A stretch of DNA of 64,000 nt from Lytechinus pictus (lineage: Eukaryota). Under the pieces are notes generated by a model, which was given only the letters and a program-made list of their open reading frames with translations, searched no databases and was not told where the DNA came from. Positions within the stretch are counted from its first letter, which is position 1. Every line of letters starts with the position of its first letter. Where the stretch lies: assembly GCF_037042905.1 (NCBI RefSeq), contig NC_087256.1:10354001-10418000 (forward strand), written 5' to 3'. A program made the translations under genes and the position numbers. Below are positions 1 through 11,100 of the stretch, in pieces.

Positions 1-29
1 GTTGGGATATTATTGTAATTCTTGATAAA

Positions 30-284
30 CTATGAACCTGTCTCTCCCGTCCGTCCACCGTTAGATGAAATTCTGACTGCATTATGACGTGATTTAGTAG
101 GATTTGTACATTCCCTTGCGATCACACTTTGTTTTCCTATTCCCCAGGGATCATTACCTGTATCTATACAATCTATTTGCTCACTACTAGTATTTCCACT
201 ACAACTATGGAGCGAACGCCAACGGGAGGCATTGTACTTTGGGAAAAGAGTCCTTTCTCTGCCGAGATGGGCAGGTTGAAAGTC
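30..284 (-). CDS. Candidate terminal exon (84 aa + stop), phase-compatible with exon I
   Basis: catAG|GAC opens a 255-nt frame DFQPAHLGRE...GETGS*. Weak pyrimidine tract and no recognisable domain. Confidence 0.25.
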   Translation of the reverse strand, partial: DFQPAHLGRERTLFPKYNASRWRSLHSCSGNTSSEQIDCIDTGNDPWGIGKQSVIARECTNPTKSRHNAVRISSNGGRTGETGS

Positions 285-422
285 CTATGACCTCATGTTA
301 TAAAAGATGACAAATTATTCTAGACCTCTTATTGGAGGGAAATGATCCTCTATTAAATGAAAATGAAGTTCTCTCTTCATTTAATGTAAACAAAATGAAT
401 TGAATAATTGTTCAATAGTGAT

Positions 423-1082
423 ATTCAAGTTCAAATTTAATTCTTTTTTATTGTATTTGCTTTACTGGTAACAATGATGATGAGCGGAGAGTCAAGATAA
501 TTTGTTTGCATTCATTTCACAAATCATCAATATTATTTCAAAGCAGTAGTTAAGTTCTCAACATTTGCACATATATCTTTTTCTTTATTGTGCTTTTTGT
601 AAAATAAAAACATAATGTAATTGACAAAAGAATATTTAATGATACTCAAGCTTTACTAGAAAGGGTTAGCACATCTTCCTTCACTGGGTTTCTTTAAAAT
701 ATGTAATCATTCCTTAAAGATGTATTCTCTCTTAGTTGTCATATTCTTGATTGAAATTCAAGTTCAAATTTAATTCTTCTTCTTCTTTGCTTAACTGGTA
801 ACAAGGATGATGAGAGGAGAGTCAAGATAATTTGCTTGCATTAATTTCACAAATCATCAATATTATTTCAAAGCAGTAGTTAAGTTCTCAAAATTTGCAC
901 ATATATCTTTTTCTTTATTGTGCTTTTTGTAAAATAAAAACATAATGTAATTGACAAAAGAATATTTAATGATACTCAAGCTTTACTAGAAAGGGTTAGC
1001 ACATCTTCCTTCACTGGGTTTCTTTAAAAATGTAATCATTCCTTAAAGATGTATTCTCTCTTAGTTGTCATATTCTTGATTG
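423..1082. repeat. Direct tandem duplication of about 330 bp
   Basis: 423-753 and 756-1082 are nearly identical; differences cluster at the start of the unit. Confidence 0.9.
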
Positions 1083-2698
1083 TCATTCACTCTTTTTTTT
1101 TAATTTCTCATGGTTTTTCTTCTGTTATTTCACTGCACCTTGAGCACTCTGCAGAGTGGATTTGGTGCATTTAAATCTAAATTTCAAGGATTAAAAATAA
1201 ATCCAGAATGGTGACATGCCAAACGTTAGATAGTCATGTAGATATTGTGAATCTGAATTCAAAGTTTAAAAAAAATTAGGCTAAATTCTTTAAGAATTAA
1301 AAGTAAAGCCATAGGTTTCGAAATAAATCTAATTTCTGGCTGACCATTATTCACAGCCGACCTAGATTTCTTATAAATCCAGAAGTAGTACCATGTACCA
1401 AGAAATACATGTTAAAAAGCATTTGCAGTCCTATACTCTCGATCATTCAAAACTAAAGTTCAAGAGCACGAGAATTCAGCCATGCAACAATTAACCTTTA
1501 ACTCAATACTTATCTCAATATGAGGTCCTGTAAATATTCCTTTCAAGCCTTGTCTAATATAACAAACTGTTATGACTGATCTGACTATGGCAAGCCATCA
1601 ATGTCAACATCGATTGAATTCATGTATATCCAAAGTGTTTTCTAAATTAGATGAATACAGATTAATAATTTTATTCAATGAGTGTGCGCACTCCTGTTGC
1701 TGTCATAGGAAGTACGTACAGATTGTTTTTCAGATGAAAAATTATGGCACTGATGGATTTCCATAGCTTAGCTGAAATACATCTAGATCAATCACAACTC
1801 TTTGTAAGAGACAGGTCAATTGGCGATCTAGATAAGATTTTAGGTCTCAATATATCATCCTGCCTGCAGCTAGCTGCAAGAAGTTCAGTTCTAAAATGCA
1901 GCTTTATTTTTTTTTATAAAAAATATCATCTGCATCTGGTAATTGCTCACTCTTTTAAGAAAGTATAGCATGAAAATAATTCCACATACCCCCTTTTCTC
2001 TCATCAAACTCATAAAAAATATTTAGAACCATAAAACGGTTTATAGCTTGTCTTTCAATCCTGAAGCCTTCCAGTTGACTACCCTTCCCCTCCCAGATAG
2101 CTCATTCAACACACAGTAGCTCTAATATAATCTGCGTATCAAAGGCAGAAGGGCGTTAATTCTATGCTTTAAGGTGTAGTGAATGCCCTTCTAGCTCTGA
2201 AGGTCTTATGGCAGCTCAGTTCTATTGAGAGCGTCATGTCAAATGGATCCGGGATATAAACAAACCACATTCCTCATACACCATCAACAGATATTGACTT
2301 CACAACAAATCAATCATAGAAATATAAAGTCACAAGCTAAGAATTGAAGTCGAGAGGCAATAATTCCAACAGTCGCTGAACCTTAACTCCATACCCTTCC
2401 TTCCCCCTTTCATCATCATCATCATTAATTCTCCTATTTTCTTTTTTTACTATTCTTATTCTTGGAATCCCCCTTTCTTTCTCTAATAACAAAACAAGTT
2501 TGAAAAGTTTTGAACATCATAATTACAACCAATTATATCTGTAGACCAACCTTGTAAAAGTTATTCAAGCTTTTTCCACCAAACCTTTTTTTAACATTCT
2601 AAGAAGCATAAATTTCTTGATTAAATGAAATAATTTTATTTACAATGGTATTCAAATGCTATTCACTCTAAGCAAAAAGTATGCAATATGATACTTTT

Positions 2699-3040
2699 TT
2701 AAAGGTCAAGTCAATGTTGATTTGAAAAAATAGAGAAAAATCAAACTAGCATAATGCTGAAAATTTCCTCAAAATCAGATGTAAAGTATAAAGAAAGTTG
2801 TGACATTTTAAAGTTTTGCTTATTTTTCACAGAAATAGCTATATGCACAACTCGGTGAAATGCAAAGAGGCAGTCGATGATGTCCATCACTCACTTTTTC
2901 TTTTGTTTTTTAATGTTTGAATTATACAATACTGTATTTAATTTTTTACAGATTTGACAATAAGGGCCAACTTGACTGAACCATATACATGTAGTATCAA
3001 AATAATGCTAATTCCATATGTTCAGGGAGGAATTAATATT
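2699..3040 (+). mobile_element. Partial Kolobok-like MITE (same family as 51586-52180)
   Basis: TTAA-AGGTCAAGTC start; the next ~300 bp align by eye with 51586 onward; right end missing. Confidence 0.7.
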
Positions 3041-3478
3041 TGTTCCCTACCATTATGTGCTGTATGTATTTACACTTCACCTGACATCACACATCTCTCT
3101 AGCTTTATTTATACACATGTTCTTGACTTTTTCACTCTGATTTTTAGCAAAACTTTTTATTGTTGTCTCCAGTTGCAAGATCTCAAATCTCATGAGGCTC
3201 AAAATGCTACCTTATTTTTTGTAAAGTGAGTGTGTTCAAACTATTTACCATGCTTGCCCAAATTTTGGCCTGAGGAATGCAAGTTGCTATACAAGAGTAA
3301 TATCTGCATATTGTTATTTTGCATACAAGAAGCTTTTGAGGATAGGTGTCATTAAAGAAAAATTTGCATGAGCAAGATCGATTCAGAAATGGCTAAAATA
3401 AAGTACGAGCATTGGTTTATGTACTTTGGTATGAAGTCACTCATATGAAGAACCTACAAGATTTCGATATGAGTATTG

Positions 3479-4269
3479 CAGCTATTACACTTGCACGATT
3501 TTGGGGCCCGAATAATTCACTAGTTCACGAGTCTTGCCACGTTGTTCCATGTCATGAAGTATGCGGGCCAGTGCAGAACAATGCTTGAAGTATCGTGCCA
3601 AAATAAAAAAATGTCTAAAATCATGGCACAAAAAATTTCGAGGATTATTGGCGTGAACTATTCGTAAACTGCATGTGCAACCTTGTCGGCCCAAGTCGTG
3701 CCATGGCACAAGTGACGCGCATTTCACAACTAGTTCACACCTAGTTCACGACTAGCTTACGAGTAGTTTGCGACAAGTTAAACAATAGTTTGCGCATAGA
3801 TCACGCTCGCATAAGAATTGCTTGCCTCAAAGGCATACGCAGGTGCAGTTTGGCTATATCGAACAGCATTTCATGGAGTTCAATTTTATGCTCCAATGAA
3901 TGATGAATTGAATGACGTAACCAATAGCGTATCCAGCATCAACTTTGACAAAGAAATGTATGGGCGATGCACAAGCATAATAGTGACTATTGTCCCCAGA
4001 CAATTGGGCCATGAAAAGCTTTGTAGGGTCTGATGCTGGATAAGCACCTGACAGTGCGCGAACTTTTCGTAAATACTGCGTGAACATGTCGTGCCAAGGC
4101 TTGTACATGTCATGCCAATGCGTAAACTTGTCGTGAACATGTCGTGAGCTAGTCGGGACTATCATAATGGCATGAACCAACGATGCATTTCGTGACCCGC
4201 ATTGTCACAAACTGGCACAATAAAATTGTGTCAGTGCGGGTACCCAAAATCGTGCAAGTGTAATAACTG
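3479..4269. mobile_element. Non-autonomous TIR element, Harbinger-like
   Basis: Inverted ends CTATTACACTTGCACGATTTTGGG / CCCAAAATCGTGCAAGTGTAATAA; CpG-rich interior with TCGTG/CACGA subrepeats; TSD not resolved. Confidence 0.75.
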
Positions 4270-4450
4270 TGTATTACAGTGTGTGAGCTTCCTGGGTAAA
4301 CGATCAGAGTGCAGCATAGACTGTGACAGTTGATATGTGAAATTTTAAATGTTTTGCTATTTCAACAAAGGGTAGAGGGAGATGGTAATTTACTATTTTA
4401 TAAGGTTATCAATGTAATTTTTTACAAAAATGAAGGAATATTGGTCCTAC

Positions 4451-5152
4451 CTTCTTCTTGAGTCTATGTCCGTACAATTCCTTGACATGAAACACCTTAC
4501 TGTTGAAGGATGGTATCCTCTTACAAAGATCCACATAGAGCTGCTTGGCATGGTGAATCTTCCCTGAGGTAGATTCCTTGAGGTCACCCATCACCGTAGT
4601 ATACGTCGTATGGAACTTCTTGACTGCCTTCTGGACAACCTTAGATCCTGAACATCCATATGGTAAGCACAATTTGATAGAATCCACAGATATCTTATCC
4701 AATAAAATCCTCTCTGTGATTTCGCTACCCACATCTGCTGATGAAGCCTTCCGTCCTGACTGCAAGGAATGACCTAGAGGTGAGGAGTCTTGCTTCGAAC
4801 TCTGGCGGGATAGACGCCTTTGAGCCGAGGCAAAGAACCCGACGCTAGGACCAGGTCCACTGTCCAAGATACTGGTCTCTCTTGTTGCTATGTGGTCCAC
4901 ACCATAGCAGTGCCATTCAGGTTCTGAGTCTACCAAGGTACGGTTGCTGGAACTGGAGCTGGAAAGCTTCTGGGTACTCGTAGCTGTAGCATTGGTCTGG
5001 AGGAATGTATGACTGGCAGGACTGGATGGAGTTGACTGGCTTTTCTTCTGGTGAAAGGATGTCAGGTTGTTGATGATGATCTGTATAGCGGCTAGTTTGG
5101 CAGCATCTTCCTGACTGCAGGGTAAACTTCCATCAAGGACAGACTTCTGCAA
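4451..5152 (-). CDS. Exon I: FERM central (F2) lobe with a Ser-rich insertion, leading into F3
   Basis: Acceptor gttaccAG|TTG; donor AAG|GTAGGA; 702 nt. Motifs GSLPCSQEDAAKLAAIQ and AKQLYVDLCKRIPSFNSKVFHVKE. Confidence 0.9.
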
Positions 5153-8100
5153 CTGGTAACACAATGAAATACACCAAATCAATTAGAAATGAAAGATACA
5201 GAACAGTCGTACAGTATTAACACTATCTTTTCAGGGATGCAAGCAGGTACCATGAAATTCATAAATCACTGCACAACATAAAATATCTGTAGGCTATGAT
5301 GAGATCTTGGCATGGCTTGGACATCATCAATTTTAACAGCAAAATAGTTAAAACAGAAAAGAAAAAACAACTTACATCCTTGTGTTAACCATACAAAACG
5401 TGTGTATATCACAAGATGCACAGTCAAAAGAAAATCAGCTCACAATGCAATTTGTTAAGGTTCGTCATTTTATACAAAACAACAGAGTTTAGGGATAGAG
5501 TACTGCCACCAGTATACTGGGTTTGTTTGCATACATTTCCTTGCTTTTTGGTTGATTATTTACTAACCACATGTCCACCCATGGGAGTAACCGCAAAAAT
5601 TTCTGACTCACTGTGTAAGTTCAATACCTGCCTCGGCTGGACATTATAACGCCTTTTCTTTCCCTTTTTTGTACTCTTTCGTCTCTCCCGTTTTCTCTTT
5701 GTATCTGTAACTGTCTCTCTCTCTCTCTGTCTGTGTCAGCATATCTCGGTCTCTCTTCTCTGCCTGTTTATTTTAATCTTTCTCTCTCCTCTCTATCTGT
5801 CTCTCCCCCTCTCTCTGTATCTCTCTCTCTCTCTCTGACTCAACAGACTCCTAACTCTGTCCCTGCCTCTCTCAATCTCCCTCTTCCTCTCTCTCTTCTC
5901 CCTCTCTCCACCCTTGCACAGCAGGAATATTATTTGCTCTGATTTGTAATATGTAAGACGTTTAGTCCCAGCAGTAGTTAGCTCTAATGAGGGATCTATC
6001 TATCCAGTGTAACCCATTTACTCATTGAGACGAAGGGTCAAATTTCATTGGAAACTTTTAATGATTACTGCGATCATTACTCAACAAACATTCAAGGAAT
6101 TCCCATTTTGTAAGCAACAGGCATAGAATAAGGTCCCAGAAGTAATAACAGGTCAGCTTACATACCAAATATAATTCAATGAAAAAAATATACATAAAAA
6201 AAGGAGCTCTTTAATCAATCATATCCAAATATGAATCAAGCAAAAGAGAAACCTTATCATATACAATCATTAACTACAATGAATAAACCAACTGATGTGA
6301 AAATAACAAAAATATTCAACAAAATCTTTTAAGTCAAAACACACACACACAATACAGATAACAAATATCACTTTGCAAAACAAATCTTTATATAGCTGCT
6401 GTAAGTCTATTCATCAATAGATTCATTATTTTTCATATGTGTGAATTTATCAAAGATATATCTAAACTGACTGACCAGTAATTACAGTGGATTGTTCATT
6501 CAAACCCACACTGATTTGTGGTTTATACACCCATGTGTCATGTTTGCTTAACAATTACATTTTATTTCCTTGGCTTTGTTGACTTATTAGTGCGCGACAA
6601 TGGCTTGAGGGCGGTATACAATCTCAACAATCTTGTTGTTCAGCAAGACCCAATTAACTCAGTTGGAAATGAATAAAATTTCTTCAAAGGCTAGTATGAT
6701 CCATTGACTAGTCTTTGTATTTTCACAATAATTCCACTACAAAGGTGTATGTCATAAAAATGCATTGTCTGTCTTGAAAAAGGAGGATGATTCTGATTCA
6801 CCCAAATGCTGTTTTTACAAGGTTCATCATCATTTCCCCTGTATTATCTGAGCTCCACATTATGTCACACCAATTGATGATGATAATTCAACAGTTTTTG
6901 GTGCAGGCTCGGATCCAGCCAGATTAGGCACAAAATAATAATATAGGAGACATATCCATCTCCCAAGATGCCTTCCTTACTTTGGTGACCCAGCATCCAT
7001 GATAGCTTCTCCCAAATTATAGAATAAACAAGACTTCCATAAGCTCAACAGACAGTCAATACTTCAAGAGAATATCTAAACACTTACCTCTTCTTATACT
7101 CCATCTAAAAAAGGGTAAATGAACATAGACATGGAAAATGAATAACATACCTGCAGATTAAAATAACTATATGAAACAATATGATTCTTACCCTCTGATA
7201 AAGGCAGTGAAGATCTTCAGAAGTCAGCAGAACCGTTGATCTATCCACAAGAGAAATCTGACCAACACCCTGAACACTGTTCAATGAGGTCAGACTGGAT
7301 GTACTGGATCCAGTCAAAGACCGATTCCCAGTCACCTTATGGATGAAGTTGGCAGAACCCATGTTCTTGTAGGACCCAGGGAATGACTGAAGCGAGAGTT
7401 TATCCGCTGATGAAGTCTCACCCACGGGTGAGCCCATGATGAGGGGAGGAGCGCTCTGGATGCTTGCTCTGACCGCGGGAGAGGAGAAGGTTCGGGAGAT
7501 GTGGGCATGGTGATGGTGATGGTGGTTACGGAAGCGACCTCCAAGGCTGCGTAGGGACAGGGTATCCTCTTGTTGTTGGTAGAGAAGGGACAATTGATCA
7601 GCCAGAGGATGTCCTGAGAGTCCCAGAAGGCGCAGTCGTTGCAGGAGCTTCGTGGCTTCAGACCTCATCAGCTTGTCTTGAAGAAAGTCTTCTGGAATGT
7701 TTTCTACCCATCGCCGGATCATTTGAAGAACCTGTCCATGGAAACACAATATAATCAGTTTATCCGTCATATATGTGTTATTTTGACTACCAACTTTAAC
7801 TGATTGTGTATTTTTTCTTGTCAATTTGTTCAATTTCTGAGTATTTATTAATTTCATTTCTGTATTGTATAAGTAGTTGATTGTGCGCCTTGAGTGTCAT
7901 CAACAGATATGTGCGCTATACAAATCTTTAATTATTATTATTATTATTACGTATATAATCAGAAAAAAAAAGTTTTTTTAATAAGCTTTAAAGCTTATTG
8001 ACTTTCCTGAAACAGTTATGAAAGCTGTTATCATTTTGGTAACAATTTCTGAGAAAAAATATAAAACTGAGTTAAACATGAGTGAATATACAGTCAATAA

Positions 8101-11100
8101 TGATAAATATATGAATTTCATAAAGAAAAAAATCTGCACAAAAATGGATTAAAAAAAAGAATGTCAGAAGAACAAGTCATACTAAAGACCTGTCAGTTGA
8201 AAAAAAAATTGAATGGAACATCTATAATACAAAATATCATACTTATTACTTATTTATAGATTCATGTATCTCAACTTACATCACTGATTTCCCCATAGGC
8301 ATTAACTTACATGTAAATGGCAAACGATAGATCAGGAAAAACGCATGCATAATTATCTGTCTAGTGGATAAACATACAAGGCGCACTTCTTTGCGCTACA
8401 ACACAGATTGAAAATTCCAGCATTTCTGTCTTAAGAAGCTTATTCCCATTCAATCCAGCATTGAGCAGGTGACAGCGTTAGATTACAAACTCGTGGAATA
8501 GATACATGTACTACTGCAAAACACTCTCTTGATGTAGTCATTACTAGTGAGAGAATGCTACAGGTGTGAACTTTATATATCCATTACAAAATTGGTAAAA
8601 CAGGTCCATCTCTTAGCACTCAAGATTTCAAAATCAAATCAAATCTTGGATAACAAAGATAATTCTTCAAGGAAATAGCAGCGACTGAAGAAAGATAATA
8701 ACATAATTTCTATTTTTGGTTAGGATTCAAGATGGTGTTCAATTACCGTATAGGAAGTGCCATGTAATTACAGATTACCAAGGGTTTTTCCTATGCAAGA
8801 TCAGATTCTGGATAACATGGATCATGAGATATGACATGGATTTAAATTTACGTTGAGAAACTATGACACAAAACAAGCCCTACAAGCTGGTTTTTGGACG
8901 GGTCAAGTTTCTTTCCAACAAAAAAGTAGACCTTGGTGGTAGGATTGGCAAAAAAATGCATCAAGAATTTGTCAAGCAAAAAAATAATGCCAGAACCACA
9001 ACAGTTAGCATATTGCGAGAGGGGGTTGTACAAGCAAGAAGAAAAAGCCTAGTATGTATTAACTTTAGAATAAAGAGGTTTTTACCTTTTCTTGAAGTAT
9101 CCTCTTGGAATTATTTGCGCTACCACTACTGCTAGTATTCATAGCAAACAATCCTCGTCTTTTTCCTCCACTGGTAGCCAAGAGAATGTGCTGTAATACT
9201 CTACAATTATAATTACAATGAAATAAAGATTGATCATAAGAAATACAAGAAACTTTCTGGTTGTAGTTAATCGTGTAGAAGAATATAAATCTATGTTCTT
9301 TAGTTTACTGAACAGCATAAATAGTAATATCCTACATTTAATAATATAGGGAATTTATATCGCACACATGAATTCACCTGACAAGGTGCTGAAGGCTTTC
9401 CTATATATTAACCTGGATAAAATATTTCAGTGCATAAGGGGTGATTATTCACATTTATGTTTCTTTAAAACGTCATGTGTAATATCTTAAACTGATAAAA
9501 GTTCTCATTCCCAGTGTTTAATCTATCTTTCTTTCCTTTAATGCTCTCTTCATCAACATTGTGGTGTCATTCCTTTTCGCTTCAATTTCTCAACCCCCCC
9601 CCCCCCCCCCCACCCCACGCAACCCCATCTACATATACCTCCTCCCATTCATTCTAGGGAATAAAACAATCAGGCCTACACTTTCTGTACATGGACTATT
9701 TGGCCTATTCCAAGGCAGCATTTCATGGAACAAGAGTCATTTTTCACTAATAACTAGTGTTATAAGCTACCAAAATCCCTGCACCTGATTTGCCCAAGAG
9801 GAAATTTGTCTGTGAAAATTACTGACAAGTTGCTTCATGAAACACGAAATACAGTTCGTATTGAGCCTAATAACACAATTTACTGAGACTCTTTTAATAA
9901 TGTTCAAGGGGTGTTTGCTATTGCCCTCGGCCTGATCACGCCAAGAGTCTGGCCAAGGATATTTCCCCTGCTCCAGCCATCTCTCTATCTCTCTCTCTCT
10001 CTCTCAAACACTGGCATGACCTTATATGGCATACAGCCTGGACAGTTACCATGGTTACACGAAAAGAAGGCATTATGACAAGATGACCGGCATCCCGAGG
10101 TTAAATCATGAATATTCAGATTGGATACTTATTCCAAATTACCAGGAGATTTACAAAATTGGCCTCCTTGTTTTAAATACTTCAACAAAAGAAGCCCTTA
10201 AAAATGTTTTATTATGAGTGCTGAAATTGATATATGTTTGTAATGTGAAGGGATGATTATAGATGGAATGTAGATATGTTTTTCACTTTGTGGACAAGAT
10301 GTAGATTTATACCATGGATATTAACACAAATATTACTGAATCAAATAACAGCCTATGATATAAATAACAATGTTTGTTTACGTATAAATGTATAGCTTAT
10401 AAAAATGTACAATTATTTAAGGGCATATATCTGGAACAAGAAATTGAAGAAAAAAAGAAATTATGTATTTCACTAACTTGCACATGTATGTAAATTTTTT
10501 ATTGAAAATCCACATTCCAAAAGGATCTGAATTAGAAAAGTAAAATAGAGGTGTATTCTTACACTTCTATTTCATTCTTTCCTTATCAACACACGAACAC
10601 ACTGAGGAGCAACCAAGCACCATTAAATTTGAAAGCATTTGATATTTAATATTTGACTTTATTTTACATGTTTCAAATTAATTATCAATATAATACAAAA
10701 ACAATAACATCAGAAGAATTACCATGGTGTACAAATCAGACATGGCATCATTCATCTAAATTAAGCAATACAGCAATGAAATATGAGAGAACCTGCATAA
10801 AAAAGCAACGCTTGTTCAGTCTGCAGGATCCCCCAAAATATGAAGTCTTTAATATGTAGGAGAGGACAGTAAAATGATTTGATTACAATAAAGAACAGCC
10901 AAAATATTACAACTGTCAGTATTTAAAGAGTGTCCATAAAAAATGTATTTGCCACTAGCTCACTAAAAATATTTCTAAAAGTTACTTTATAACCTACACA
11001 GGAAAATTATAAGAATTAAACAACATCAATTTCAATTTTCATTTGAAAATATTTTAATAGTGAGGTACTAAGTACCACATTGTGGGGAAGACCATTCCAA

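Noticed and set aside
8311-8395. Possible extra exon RKEVRLVCL...AFFLIYRLPFT
   Set aside because: Its donor is phase 1, incompatible with exon H; exon G joins H directly and restores the REM consensus.
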